From positions 42,620 to 106,619 of the forward strand of contig CABYCI010000001.1 of NCBI GenBank assembly GCA_902517425.1: DNA of 64,000 bases. The letters are read 5' to 3'. The notes beneath the pieces were generated by a model. It worked only from the letters and a program-made list of their open reading frames with translations. It was not told the origin of the DNA and did no database searches. Position numbers and translations under genes: made by a program. How positions within the stretch are numbered: position 1 is the first letter of the stretch; each line of letters starts with the position of its first letter. The DNA comes from an uncultured SAR86 cluster bacterium. Its GTDB lineage: Bacteria; Pseudomonadota; Gammaproteobacteria; Magnimaribacterales; D2472. Below are positions 1 to 9,747 of this stretch, piece by piece.

Positions 1-447
1 AGAAATAAGATTTGTTTGCTCTAATTTAACTTTATAAAATTCATATTGTGACTGAGCAATAATAAAGTCAGATTTTGCTTTATCTAAATCTTGGATGGAT
101 ATATGTCCCTGTTGTCTTAGATTCTTAAACCTTTCAAGAACTTGATTAGATAAATCATAGCTAGCTTTAGCTTGATTGAGTTTAGCAATAGCTTCTCTAT
201 CATCTAATTTTGCTAATACCTGGTTCTTGGATACAAAATCTCCAACATCTACATTAATTTGTTTTATCTTTCCTGGAATTTCAAAAGCTAGTTTTGATTG
301 TTCCAAGGGAAGTAGCTTGCCTGGAAATTCTTTAGTTATTGAGTATGAATTTAAAATTTTAACTTCAAGCACTTCAATAGAAGATACTTTAGATGAAACA
401 AAAACACCTAACAAAATAATATATTTAAAGTTTTTAAAATTTGACAT
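1..447 (-). CDS. HlyD/AcrA-type efflux membrane-fusion (periplasmic adaptor) protein, N-terminal 149 codons; continues beyond the left edge
   Basis: Absent from the ORF track because it has no stop in the window. Hand translation of the reverse strand from the ATG at 447-445 gives MSNFKNFKYIILLGVFVSS...EFPGKLLPLEQSKLAFEIPGKIKQINVDVGDFVSKNQVLAKLDDREAIAKLNQAKASYDLSNQVLERFKNLRQQGHISIQDLDKAKSDFIIAQSQYEFYKVKLEQTNLIS. This shows an N-terminal anchor, a lipoyl-like hairpin and the coiled-coil arm typical of efflux adaptors. The + strand ORF 176..457 is its antisense shadow. Confidence 0.8.
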   Translation of the reverse strand, partial: MSNFKNFKYIILLGVFVSSKVSSIEVLEVKILNSYSITKEFPGKLLPLEQSKLAFEIPGKIKQINVDVGDFVSKNQVLAKLDDREAIAKLNQAKASYDLSNQVLERFKNLRQQGHISIQDLDKAKSDFIIAQSQYEFYKVKLEQTNLIS

Positions 448-463
448 TGTTTTATAAAAATTC

Positions 464-514
464 TAATGTAAGCAGTGTAAACATTAATGTATTATGTAAG
501 CAGTGTCAACATTA
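464..514. promoter_or_regulatory. Tandem operator-like repeats in the divergent adaptor/TetR promoter region
   Basis: Two direct copies of a 23-bp unit lie 28 bp apart: TAATGTAAGCAGTGTAAACATTA (464-486) and TTATGTAAGCAGTGTCAACATTA (492-514). Each unit is bounded by the inverted repeat ATGT...ACAT(TA). They fill the 77-bp gap between the divergent genes. Confidence 0.55.
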
Positions 515-524
515 TGCTAGTGCA

Positions 525-1133
525 ATGAAAACATATCATCACGGTAATCTTAAAAAAGAACTTATTAAGTGTGCTTGTAAGATGTGTGAAAGAGATGGCT
601 ATACTAAATTAAGCATCAGATCTCTTGCTAAGGAAAGTAAAGTCTCTCAGACAGCCCCATATAGGCACTTCAAAACAAAAGAAGATCTTTATGCTGCAAT
701 AGTTAAAGAAGGTTTTGAAAAACTTAATAAAGAAATGAAATCCATACAAATTAAAAATGCAAAAAACTATCTCATTAGTTGTGGTAAAACTTATATAGAT
801 TTTGGTCTAAAGAATGCAAATACTTATGATCTAATGTTCGGAACTGCTGTTGGAAATTATGCAGATTATCCAGATTTAAGTGAATCAGCAAATAGACTTT
901 TTCAATTCTTAATGTCTAGTTTTAAAAGGTTATCTGATGATGACAATGAGATAATTGCATTTAAATGTATAACCTTATGGTCAATGGTTCATGGTTTAGT
1001 TGGAATAATAAGAAAGGTGAACATCGCTGGCGATGGGAGTGAGGATGGTCCAATGCCGTTTGCTAATCAGGTATCAAAGAATCTTGATTTTCATTTAGAT
1101 AAAGTTATTACTGGTCTTATTGAAACAAACTAG
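525..1133 (+). CDS. TetR/AcrR-family transcriptional repressor
   Basis: The HTH region KLSIRSLAKESKVSQTAPYRHFKTKEDLYAAIV is a textbook TetR N-terminal domain. The ORF-track start (TTG 441) would read through the operator repeats. ATG 525 (MKTYHHGNLKKEL) gives a conventional TetR N-terminus. Confidence 0.85.
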   Translation: MKTYHHGNLKKELIKCACKMCERDGYTKLSIRSLAKESKVSQTAPYRHFKTKEDLYAAIVKEGFEKLNKEMKSIQIKNAKNYLISCGKTYIDFGLKNANTYDLMFGTAVGNYADYPDLSESANRLFQFLMSSFKRLSDDDNEIIAFKCITLWSMVHGLVGIIRKVNIAGDGSEDGPMPFANQVSKNLDFHLDKVITGLIETN

Positions 1134-1146
1134 CGCTTAACCAGTT

Positions 1147-1611
1147 CTAGCGATATTCACCATCAACATAGGTTAATGTAGAAATATCACTAAGAGAATT
1201 TGCGCCTTCAACCAATCCAACAACTATAGTATGAGTATGATAAGAGGATAGCTGATCCACTTTGCAATGAATATTTGCCTGTGCATTTTCAAGGAATGGT
1301 ACATTATCTAGATTCCAGTTCTCATCAGAAAATCTTTGCTCATATCTATCTTCGTCAGAACAAATATTAGAAAGCTCTTCTTGATCCTTGTTAAGTAAAT
1401 TAATGCAAAATTTTGATCCGATTTCTAAAGTGTCATGAATTCTTGAAGATTTGTTAATACAAATTAATAAACTAGGCGGATTCATTGATATTGATGTAAC
1501 TGAAGAAACTGTTATGGCATTTGGATTTCCGTTTGCATCAACATTAGACATAACACTGACAGAGTAGATATATCTGCGCATTGCTAGTCTAAAATCTTCT
1601 TGGATACTCAT
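1147..1611 (-). CDS. Flavin reductase-like (FMN-binding split-barrel) protein
   Basis: The pattern FRLAMRRYIYSVSVMS...NAITVSSVTSISMNPPSLLICINKSSRIHDTLEIGSKFCINLL matches the flavin reductase domain (F..AM...VT..S..S.S..PP.....I). Size is 154 aa. Confidence 0.75.
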   Translation of the reverse strand: MSIQEDFRLAMRRYIYSVSVMSNVDANGNPNAITVSSVTSISMNPPSLLICINKSSRIHDTLEIGSKFCINLLNKDQEELSNICSDEDRYEQRFSDENWNLDNVPFLENAQANIHCKVDQLSSYHTHTIVVGLVEGANSLSDISTLTYVDGEYR

Positions 1612-1644
1612 AGTATGAATTATACTTAAAGAAAAATGATTTAG

Positions 1645-2199
1645 ATGAAAAATAGTATCAGAATAACCGGTGGAAATCTTAAAGGAAAAAAAATTCCATT
1701 TGATTTTAAAAGTTCACTTAGGCCTACATCAAGTAAGTTAAGAGAAGTTTTATTTAATTGGCTTCAATTTGAAATCCAAGATTATAAGTGTTTGGATTTA
1801 TTTGCAGGAACAGGCGCTCTTGGCATTGAAGCCATATCTAGAGGCGCTGAAAAAACAGTATTTATTGAATCAAATAAAAAAAACTATTTATCAATTAAAA
1901 ACTCCATATCAGAATTAAATTTAAAAAATTACTCTATGGTTCTTTTTAAAGATGGTCTTAATTGGATAAAAGAAAATGACTTGTCTATGTTTGATTTGAT
2001 ATTGCTCGATCCACCATTTAATAAGAATTATGAAATAAAAGCATTGGAAATATTTTATAAAAATAAAAACCTTAAATCTTCATGTAAAATCTACATCGAA
2101 TTTAGTAAATTTTTTGAATTTGAATTACCTGATTCATTTGAAGTTCTTAAAGAAAAAATAGTTGGCGATGTAAAAGTCTTATTAGTAAAAATAAAATGA
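1645..2199 (+). CDS. rsmD: 16S rRNA (guanine966-N2)-methyltransferase
   Basis: RITGGNLKGKKI...RPTSSKLREVLFNWL, the SAM motif LDLFAGTGALGIEAISRGA and the DPPF motif are all present. Size is 184 aa. Confidence 0.85.
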   Translation: MKNSIRITGGNLKGKKIPFDFKSSLRPTSSKLREVLFNWLQFEIQDYKCLDLFAGTGALGIEAISRGAEKTVFIESNKKNYLSIKNSISELNLKNYSMVLFKDGLNWIKENDLSMFDLILLDPPFNKNYEIKALEIFYKNKNLKSSCKIYIEFSKFFEFELPDSFEVLKEKIVGDVKVLLVKIK

Positions 2200-3140
2200 C
2201 AATAAAAGTAGGCTCAAGAAAATCGAGACTAGCATTAAAGCAAGTTGAAATTGTTATGAATTGTTTAGAGATAGATGACTACGAGGTTATAAAATTTTCT
2301 ACAGAGGGTGATAAGAAAAGTGCAATGGGCTATTCACAATTCGATAAGCTGAATTTTGTAGAAGATATTGAGAGTAAATTACTTTTAAAAGAAATAGATA
2401 TTGCAGTTCATTCAGCAAAAGACATGCCTGCTAATTTAAATATGAGTTTTGATAATTTCTTTATAACAGAAGAGGATGATTCTGATGCTCCAGGAGAGAC
2501 TTTTGGAGATGGTTGGAATAAAGATATTCTAATTTTTAGAAATGATATTGAGCCAATTTTTAAAAAAGATATGAAGCTCGGGACATCTAGCTTGAGAAGA
2601 CAAATGCAAGCAAAGTTTTTTTTGGGTGCACAGAATATCTTTAATCTTAATGGCAATATCAATACAAGAATTGAAAAATTAGAAAGCGGTGAGTTTGATT
2701 GTATTATTCTTGCAAATGCTGGATGCAAAAGATTGGGTTTTGAGCTCAATTCAATATTATTAGATGAGCATAGAACACCAACTCCACAGGGTTTAATTTG
2801 TATTCAAAAAAATAAAGACTTTATATTGCCTCATTCAGAAATAATTGAGAATATATTAATTCATAGAGAAGACGGGCTAGATCTTTATCTAAATAATATA
2901 AATATGGGGAATAAGTTTCTCAAAGAAATCGGCGCTGATTGTCATTCAGCATTGGCTGTTGAAGCATGGGGTGAGGATCATTCAGGGCATAATCCAGTCA
3001 TTCATGCAGAGATATATGGTAAAAATGAGTATATCTCTATTAGTGATAACGGATCTGGTAGTGAGGATGAGGCTATTCAACAAACATTAGAAGAATTTTA
3101 TAAAAAAGGAGGAAAAGATCTCTTAAATGAACATAATTGA
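2196..3140 (+). CDS. hemC: Hydroxymethylbilane synthase (porphobilinogen deaminase)
   Basis: IKVGSRKSRLALKQVEIV, EGDK, VHSAKDMP, GTSSLRRQMQ and NINTRIEKL are the conserved HemC blocks. The cofactor Cys lies in GADCHSALAV. There is an ATGA overlap with rsmD. Confidence 0.85.
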   Translation: MTIKVGSRKSRLALKQVEIVMNCLEIDDYEVIKFSTEGDKKSAMGYSQFDKLNFVEDIESKLLLKEIDIAVHSAKDMPANLNMSFDNFFITEEDDSDAPGETFGDGWNKDILIFRNDIEPIFKKDMKLGTSSLRRQMQAKFFLGAQNIFNLNGNINTRIEKLESGEFDCIILANAGCKRLGFELNSILLDEHRTPTPQGLICIQKNKDFILPHSEIIENILIHREDGLDLYLNNINMGNKFLKEIGADCHSALAVEAWGEDHSGHNPVIHAEIYGKNEYISISDNGSGSEDEAIQQTLEEFYKKGGKDLLNEHN

Positions 3141-3780
3141 TACCAAAGCCTCTGATTTCCAGATGTCTTCAAAAAAAAGTTATATCAAGAATATACCCTT
3201 ATACGAATTAAAGAGTATTGAATATAAATCACCATCTGACGACTACACAGATATAGTTTTTCAAAGTACAGCTGCTGTTGAGTTCTTTAAAGATTGCAAT
3301 ATCTTGAATGAAAAAAATATATATTCTATGGGAAGGTCTACAAAATTATCTTTGCTTCAAAAAGGATTCGATTCAAAAAATCCTGACATACCTGGATCTG
3401 CAGGACTTATCAAAGTTATTGAAAATAGAGCTAAACTAGGAAAGTTTCTTATTGTTAAGGGTAAGGATGGTTTAGATGAGGTATATCAATATCTTAAGAA
3501 TAAAAAAGTTGAAGTTGATGAAGTTCACTGCTATGAAAGAAAAAAATTTGATAGCTATAATAATTTGAAAGGGCCCTATCTATTAGCTGATGCGATAATT
3601 TTTCCAAGCACATTTGCTGTAAGGATTTTTTTTGAAGAAATTCATTCAAATAAAACTAAAACAAAATTTTTCGGTATTTCCGAAAGGATTGTTAAATCTA
3701 TAAATAATTATGGTTATGAAGGTCTGCTTATAGATTATTTTTCAGGCCAAATAGAGAAACAAATAAAAAAATTTATTTAG
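3127..3780 (+). CDS. hemD: Uroporphyrinogen-III synthase (short, divergent)
   Basis: The gene follows and overlaps hemC. Both half-domain signatures are present: [13 protein letters not shown] and [15 protein letters not shown], plus [14 protein letters not shown] and [32 protein letters not shown]. Confidence 0.65.
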   Translation: MNIIDTKASDFQMSSKKSYIKNIPLYELKSIEYKSPSDDYTDIVFQSTAAVEFFKDCNILNEKNIYSMGRSTKLSLLQKGFDSKNPDIPGSAGLIKVIENRAKLGKFLIVKGKDGLDEVYQYLKNKKVEVDEVHCYERKKFDSYNNLKGPYLLADAIIFPSTFAVRIFFEEIHSNKTKTKFFGISERIVKSINNYGYEGLLIDYFSGQIEKQIKKFI

Positions 3781-5050
3781 ATTTCTTGCCGTTACCATTC
3801 TTCATTGAGGAGAAGAATTCATCGTTAGTTTTATGCGTTCTAATTCTATCAATTAGGAACTGTATTGCTTGAGCATCTTCCATCTCATCAAGTATCTTTC
3901 TTAAAACCCACATTCTTTGAAGCTCATCATCGGTTGTCAGCAAATCTTCTCTTCTTGTGCCTGACCTTCTTATATTTATTGCGGGATAAATTCTTTTTTC
4001 AGCAATTTTTCTTTCTAAATGAATTTCCATATTACCAGTACCCTTAAATTCTTCATAAATAACCTCATCCATCTTAGAGCCAGTCTCAACCAAAGCTGTT
4101 GCAAGAATAGTAAGGCTTCCACCTTCCTCGAGGTTTCTTGCAGCTCCAAAAAATCTTTTAGGCCTTTCAAGCGCATTTGAATCTACCCCACCACTTAAAA
4201 TTTTTCCAGATGCAGGTTGGACTGAATTATAAGCTCTACCCAATCTTGTTATTGAATCTAATAAAATAACAACATCTTTCTTATGCTCAACCAATCTTTT
4301 AGCTTTTTCTATAACCATATTTGCGACTTGAACATGTCGAGTTGGCGGCTCATCAAATGTACTTGCGACGACTTCACCTTTAACAGTTCTAGACATTTCA
4401 GTCACTTCTTCCGGTCTTTCATCTATCAGAAGAACAATTAGTTCAACTTCTGGATTATTGCTTTTAATTGAATGCGCAATACTTTGAAGCATTAATGTTT
4501 TACCTGCTTTTGGTGGGGAGACAATTAAGCCTCTTTGTCCTTTCCCAATAGGTGCTATTAGATCAATTATTCGTGATGATAAATCTTCATTTGAACCACT
4601 GCCTTGCTCCAACATTAATCTTTCATTTGGGAATAAAGGTGTTAAATTTTCAAAAAGAATTTTATTTTTTGTTTTAGCTGGCTCTTCCCCATTGATAGTA
4701 TCAACTTGAATAAGAGCGAAGTACCTTTCTTTGTCTTTTGGAGTTCTAATTTTACCTGCAACAGAATCACCCTTTCTTAATCCAAATTTTCTTATTTGAC
4801 TGGGTGAAACGTAAATATCATCTTCTCCGGCACAATAAGAGCCTTGAGGAGATCTTAAGAATCCAAAACCATCATTTAATATTTCTAGAACGCCGCCGCC
4901 AAATATATCTATGCCTTCTGAAGCTTTATGCTTGAATATGCGAAAAATTATTTCCTGTTTTTTAAGACGACCAACATCTTGAAGACCAAGTTCAGTAGCG
5001 ATTTCAACTAATTCGCTTATTGGTTTATCTTTAACTTCACTAAGATTCAT
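3773..5050 (-). CDS. rho: Transcription termination factor Rho
   Basis: [23 protein letters not shown] (N-terminal insertion/RNA-binding region), Walker [21 protein letters not shown] and SGTRREDLL are present. Size is 425 aa. Confidence 0.97.
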   Translation of the reverse strand: MNLSEVKDKPISELVEIATELGLQDVGRLKKQEIIFRIFKHKASEGIDIFGGGVLEILNDGFGFLRSPQGSYCAGEDDIYVSPSQIRKFGLRKGDSVAGKIRTPKDKERYFALIQVDTINGEEPAKTKNKILFENLTPLFPNERLMLEQGSGSNEDLSSRIIDLIAPIGKGQRGLIVSPPKAGKTLMLQSIAHSIKSNNPEVELIVLLIDERPEEVTEMSRTVKGEVVASTFDEPPTRHVQVANMVIEKAKRLVEHKKDVVILLDSITRLGRAYNSVQPASGKILSGGVDSNALERPKRFFGAARNLEEGGSLTILATALVETGSKMDEVIYEEFKGTGNMEIHLERKIAEKRIYPAINIRRSGTRREDLLTTDDELQRMWVLRKILDEMEDAQAIQFLIDRIRTHKTNDEFFSSMKNGNGKKSK

Positions 5051-5163
5051 AAAATAATTCCGTTTTGTTTAATTAGAAAAGATTGTAACTGGTAGGTTTT
5101 TTTTACTCTGGAAGCAAAATGATAACTCTTTTTACATAAGATTCAAAGTTATATGTAATAAAT

Positions 5164-5490
5164 TTAAACTTTGGATCTTATGAATTCGTCTAATTGTTGT
5201 TTGGTTAGAGCCCCAATCTCAGTCCCAGTATTTTCTCCGTTTGCAAATATCATTAATGTTGGAATAGATCTAATGCCATATTCTGCTGCTGTTTCTCTAT
5301 TTGCATCAACATCCATCTTACAGACTTTTATAACATCCTTGAATTCTTCTGCAGCTTCCTCAACAAGTGGAGCAAGCTGTTTGCAAGGACCACACCATTC
5401 AGCCCAAAAGTCTACTAAAACTGGTGTTTCAGAATTTATAACTTCATTTGTAAAGTCATCTTTACCTTGCACTTCTTTAACATTACTCAT
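5164..5490 (-). CDS. trxA: Thioredoxin
   Basis: 108 aa with the active site WAEWCGPCK. The trxA-rho adjacency matches enterobacteria. Confidence 0.97.
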   Translation of the reverse strand: MSNVKEVQGKDDFTNEVINSETPVLVDFWAEWCGPCKQLAPLVEEAAEEFKDVIKVCKMDVDANRETAAEYGIRSIPTLMIFANGENTGTEIGALTKQQLDEFIRSKV

Positions 5491-6485
5491 TTGTTTTGTA
5501 TCTCCTTGGATATTTCTTTGGCAGCATATGTAAGAATTGCATCTGCTCCTGCTCTTTTTATACTTACGAGGGATTCTAACATAACCTCTGAGTCAAGCCA
5601 GCCCTGACTAATTGCTAATTTTAGCATGCTATATTCACCACTCACTTGATATGCAAAAGTTGGTATTTTAAAACTATCTTTTATAAGATGAATGATGTCC
5701 AGATATGGCATTGCCGGCTTAATCATAACAATATCTGCGCCCTCATTTATGTCCATAGCAACCTCCTGAAGAGCCTCTTGCTTATTATTTGCAGACATTT
5801 GATATGAGGATTTAGACGAATTGCCTATATTTGAAGAAGATCCAACAGCATCTCTGAATGGTCCATAAAATTTAGAACTAAATTTAGCTGCATAAGATAA
5901 TAGGATTGTATTTTTAAAATTATTTTTTTCGAAAGCTTGTCTTATGTATCCAATTCTTCCATCCATCATGTCAGAGGGAGCAATTATATCAGCGCCTGAT
6001 TCCGCCAAAATTAAAGATTGCTCTATCAATAATTTAATTGTTTCATCATTATCAACTTCACCATCAATAATAATGCCATCATGGCCATGATCCGTATATG
6101 GATCAAGAGCCACGTCAGCTATTAGAACAATATCAGGAAATTGTTTTTTAATAGCCTCGATGGATGTTGATATAAAATTATTATTTTTTATCGCTTCGCT
6201 GCCTTTGTTATCTTTATTTTTGGGATCAATAACGGGGAATACAGCTATAGAATTTACTCCTGATGACGTAATATCTTCAATTTCTTTAAGCGCTTCATCA
6301 ACTCCGTATCTAAAAATATTAGGCATTGATTCTATACTCTCAATTCCACTTAAGTTTTCTTTAATGAAAATTGGTTGTATTAAATCATTTTGAGTTAAGG
6401 TTGTTTCAGCAACTAAATCAATAAGATTTGTATTCCTTCTTAATCTTCTCAATCTGGTATTTGGAAATTTTCTATCAATAAACAT
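5487..6485 (-). CDS. hemB: Porphobilinogen synthase (delta-aminolevulinate dehydratase)
   Basis: RLRRLRR N-terminus, SDMMDGRIG and the PYLD/IKPAMPYLD block are present. The metal site reads ADVALDPYTDHGHDG, the Asp-rich (non-zinc) variant. Confidence 0.95.
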   Translation of the reverse strand: MFIDRKFPNTRLRRLRRNTNLIDLVAETTLTQNDLIQPIFIKENLSGIESIESMPNIFRYGVDEALKEIEDITSSGVNSIAVFPVIDPKNKDNKGSEAIKNNNFISTSIEAIKKQFPDIVLIADVALDPYTDHGHDGIIIDGEVDNDETIKLLIEQSLILAESGADIIAPSDMMDGRIGYIRQAFEKNNFKNTILLSYAAKFSSKFYGPFRDAVGSSSNIGNSSKSSYQMSANNKQEALQEVAMDINEGADIVMIKPAMPYLDIIHLIKDSFKIPTFAYQVSGEYSMLKLAISQGWLDSEVMLESLVSIKRAGADAILTYAAKEISKEIQNK

Positions 6486-6486
6486 T

Positions 6487-8145
6487 TTAATCAGTGATAG
6501 CTCCTAAGCTTGCAGAGCCAACACTTTTTGCATACTTTGATAAAACTCCTTTTTTTGGCATCTTTATAGGTGACTGCCAAGCCAAACGTCTCTTTTCAAT
6601 TTCATCATCATCAACTTTTAAAGTTAATTGATCATTTTTTGCATCTATTAAAATTAAATCTCCATCTTCAACTAATGCCAGTGGACCTCCATCAGCTGCC
6701 TCAGGTGAAATATGGCCTACAACAAATCCATGAGTTCCTCCAGAAAATCTTCCATCAGTGATGAATGCAACTTTATCTCCTAAACCAAGACCCATAATTG
6801 CAGAAGTTGGTTTAAGCATTTCTCTCATACCTGGGCCTCCTTTTGGACCCTCATACCTTATTACAACAACATCACCTTCTTTAATTTGATTATTTAATAT
6901 TGCATCAACTCCCTCTTCTTCTGAATCAAATACTTTAGCTTTTCCTTCAAAAGAAGTTCCTTCTTTGCCTGTAATTTTTGCTACAGCTCCTTGATCAGCT
7001 AAGTTTCCATACAGAACTCTCAAATGACTATCTCCCTTTACAGGACTATCGAAACTCTTAATGATTTCATTATTTTTATAGGGTTGAACTTCTTCAAGGT
7101 TGTCTTTTAGAGTTTTACCAGTAACAGTAATGCAGTTTCCATTCATAAGCCCTTTCTCTATTAAAGTTTTCATCAATGGTTGAATTCCGCCATTGGCATT
7201 AAGTTCTGACATATAGTGACTTCCAAATGGTTTAAGGTCAGCTAAAACAGGTGTTTTTTTACCAATTCTAGTAAAGTCATCTAAGCAAAGTTCTACTCCA
7301 ATAGAATGAGCCATAGCTAATAAATGAAGTACTGCGTTTGTAGAACCTCCCAGGGCAATAACAATAGTTATAGCATTTTCAAAAGCCTCTTTAGTCATGA
7401 TATCAGATGGCTTGATGTCATTTTCAAGTAAGTTCATTATTGCTTTTCCAGCATCAATGCAATCTTGATTTTTGGATGATGAAGTTGCATCTTGACTACT
7501 ACTTCCAGGCAAACTCATGCCCAATGCTTCAATTGCAGAAGCCATTGTGTTGGCAGTATACATGCCGCCACAAGACCCTGGCCCTTCGACTGAAATTTCT
7601 TCAAAATGTATTAATTCTTCCTGGCTAATTTTACCCTTAGAGTATTCTCCAACCTTTTCTGAAACAGTTACATAATCTGTATTCTCTTTACTTGGTTTGA
7701 TAGAGCCTCCGTAAATAAATATTGATGGTCTATTAAGACGAGCTATTCCAATCAAACAACCTGGCATATTCTTGTCACATCCACCAATGGTGATTAACCC
7801 ATCATAACCAAGGCAGCCAACAACTGTTTCAATAGAATCTGCAATTACTTCTCTTGAAACCAGAGAATATTTCATGCCTTGCGTGCCCATAGAAATGCCA
7901 TCTGAAACTGTAATAGTGTTGAAAAGAATTCCCTTACCATCGGAAGAATTAACGGAATCCTCAACTATTTCTGAAAGTTTATTTAAATGCATATTGCATG
8001 GAGTAACCTTTGCTCCTGTTGAGGCTATGCCTACAAAAGGTTTTGAAAAATCTTTAGTCGTGAAACCAACACCACGAAGCATAGAACGAGATGCAGCCTG
8101 ATTTGGTCCATCAACCAATTCTTTTGAATATTTTCTAGAGCTCAT
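6487..8145 (-). CDS. ilvD: Dihydroxy-acid dehydratase
   Basis: IlvD/Edd blocks are present: [30 protein letters not shown] and [12 protein letters not shown]. Size is 552 aa. Confidence 0.95.
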   Translation of the reverse strand: MSSRKYSKELVDGPNQAASRSMLRGVGFTTKDFSKPFVGIASTGAKVTPCNMHLNKLSEIVEDSVNSSDGKGILFNTITVSDGISMGTQGMKYSLVSREVIADSIETVVGCLGYDGLITIGGCDKNMPGCLIGIARLNRPSIFIYGGSIKPSKENTDYVTVSEKVGEYSKGKISQEELIHFEEISVEGPGSCGGMYTANTMASAIEALGMSLPGSSSQDATSSSKNQDCIDAGKAIMNLLENDIKPSDIMTKEAFENAITIVIALGGSTNAVLHLLAMAHSIGVELCLDDFTRIGKKTPVLADLKPFGSHYMSELNANGGIQPLMKTLIEKGLMNGNCITVTGKTLKDNLEEVQPYKNNEIIKSFDSPVKGDSHLRVLYGNLADQGAVAKITGKEGTSFEGKAKVFDSEEEGVDAILNNQIKEGDVVVIRYEGPKGGPGMREMLKPTSAIMGLGLGDKVAFITDGRFSGGTHGFVVGHISPEAADGGPLALVEDGDLILIDAKNDQLTLKVDDDEIEKRRLAWQSPIKMPKKGVLSKYAKSVGSASLGAITD

Positions 8146-8160
8146 TTTAATGTCATTTTC

Positions 8161-9747
8161 TCAATCGGATGCGTATCTTAACGCAGCCGAGAGTAATTTT
8201 TTAGTATATTTTTCTTTTGGGTAGTCAAAAACTTCTTTTGAAAGTCCAGATTCTACTATTTTTCCATCTTTCATAACAAAAATGTAATCTGACATTGATC
8301 TTATAACTTTTAAATCATGGCTGATAAATAGATACGTTAATTTATATTCCTCTTGAATATCTTTCAAAAGATTAATTACCTGAATTTGTATCGATCTGTC
8401 CAATGCTGAAGTTGGTTCATCTAAGATCATGAATGCTGGATTCATTATCAGCGACCGTGCAATTGCTATTCTTTGTCTTTGTCCGCCAGAAAATTCATGA
8501 GGATATTTATTTTTTGCACTAAGCTCAATACCTACATCAGAAAGAACTTTATCTATCCTGTTTTGTATTTCATGACTTTTTAGTTTGAAGTGAACACCAA
8601 GACCCTCTCCAACAATTTCACCAACTGTCATCCGAGGAGATAAAGAGCCATATGGGTCTTGAAACACTATTTGAATATGTTTTTTAATCTCTTTAGAAGA
8701 GTCTTTAATTTCTTTACCATTAAATTTTATCTTCCCTTCAAAATTAGTAAGGTTTGCAATTGCTTTTCCTAGTGTGGACTTTCCTGATCCTGATTCGCCA
8801 ACCAAACCTATAGTAGTATTCTTATAAATATTTAATGAGGTGTCTTTAACAGCATGAAATCTGTTTTTTTTAAAAAGATTTATATTTGGCATATCATAAA
8901 AAACATTTAAGTTCTCAATCTCAATAAGAGGCTCTTCGTTGTTATTTATATCTTGCTTTGGTTGTGGTTCGGCACTCAATAATTTTTGTGTATAGCTATG
9001 TTGAGGATTTTCAAATACATCATTTGTATCTCCACTTTCCACAATCTTGCCACTCTGCATTACACAAACTTGATCTGAAAATTCCTTAACTAGACCGAGG
9101 TCATGTGTAATGAATAAGATAGACATCCCCAATTCTTCTTTTAGTTTTGACATTAAGTCAAGAATTTGAGCTTGTATTGTCACATCTAATGCAGTTGTTG
9201 GCTCATCAGCAATTAATAACTTTGGTTTGTTTACTAGTGCCATTGCTATCATGATTCTTTGCCTCTGACCACCTGATAACTCGTGCGGATATGAACTAAA
9301 TCTTCTTTCGACGTCGTCTATTTCAACTAGTTTCATTAATTCTATTGCTTCATCTTTAGCTTCTTTTTTTGAAGCATTTGTATGCAAAAGAACTGATTCT
9401 GTTATCTGATTGCCAACCTTATGATATGGATTAAGTGATGTCATTGGTTCTTGAAAAACCATTGATATGATATTTCCTCGAATTGATAATAGTTCTTTTT
9501 TGGAAGCACTAATAATTTCTTTTTGATTAAAGTGGATAGAGGATGCATTTCCATAGGTTGCTTGTGGCATTGGTAGCAGCTGCATAATCGACATTGCAGT
9601 AACTGATTTACCTGATCCTGACTCACCTACAAGTGCAAGAGTTTTATTTGTTTCAATATCAAAACTTATATCATCAACAGCCCTAAAAGAACCATCTCTA
9701 ACTCTAAAATCAATACTCAAATTTTTTACTTCAACAATGTTTTTCAT
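8161..9747 (-). CDS. Duplicated-ATPase ABC protein of the Dpp/Opp/YejF type
   Basis: Two complete cassettes are present: Walker A GESGSGKS twice, signatures LSGGQRQR and FSGGQRQR, and Walker B LLIADEPT and MILDEPTS. Size is 528 aa. Confidence 0.9.
   Translation of the reverse strand: MKNIVEVKNLSIDFRVRDGSFRAVDDISFDIETNKTLALVGESGSGKSVTAMSIMQLLPMPQATYGNASSIHFNQKEIISASKKELLSIRGNIISMVFQEPMTSLNPYHKVGNQITESVLLHTNASKKEAKDEAIELMKLVEIDDVERRFSSYPHELSGGQRQRIMIAMALVNKPKLLIADEPTTALDVTIQAQILDLMSKLKEELGMSILFITHDLGLVKEFSDQVCVMQSGKIVESGDTNDVFENPQHSYTQKLLSAEPQPKQDINNNEEPLIEIENLNVFYDMPNINLFKKNRFHAVKDTSLNIYKNTTIGLVGESGSGKSTLGKAIANLTNFEGKIKFNGKEIKDSSKEIKKHIQIVFQDPYGSLSPRMTVGEIVGEGLGVHFKLKSHEIQNRIDKVLSDVGIELSAKNKYPHEFSGGQRQRIAIARSLIMNPAFMILDEPTSALDRSIQIQVINLLKDIQEEYKLTYLFISHDLKVIRSMSDYIFVMKDGKIVESGLSKEVFDYPKEKYTKKLLSAALRYASD

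Noticed and set aside
176-457. ORF-track CDS of 93 aa on the + strand
   Set aside because: It lies entirely antisense to a much better reading frame (the efflux adaptor N-terminus, 447..1) and has Ser/Thr/Leu-rich composition with no motif. The same reasoning removes the other embedded antisense ORFs: 2408..2749, 3865..4047, 5171..5533, 6160..6393, 6570..6761, 7440..7628, 7874..8101, 9441..9626, 13509..13691, 13953..14171, 16005..16268, 17709..17939, 18754..19023, 19327..19566, 20399..20818, 20883..21182, 24524..24748, 25158..25445, 26644..26925, 27343..27543, 28243..28620, 29958..30143, 34736..34996, 35618..35890, 36013..36210, 40178..40369, 41454..41672, 41646..41837, 42318..42503, 44451..44693, 45313..45534, 45425..45619, 46682..46867, 47505..47714, 47947..48201, 48652..48864, 50569..50769, 52483..52671, 54974..55309, 55372..55581, 55855..56073, 56448..56651, 57431..57616, 58012..58278 and 61945..62142.
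5051-5163. Possible small RNA or terminator between trxA and rho
   Set aside because: Only a weak 7-bp inverted repeat (TTACATA...TATGTAA) with a 13-nt loop and no U-tract is present. This is more simply the rho leader or promoter region.
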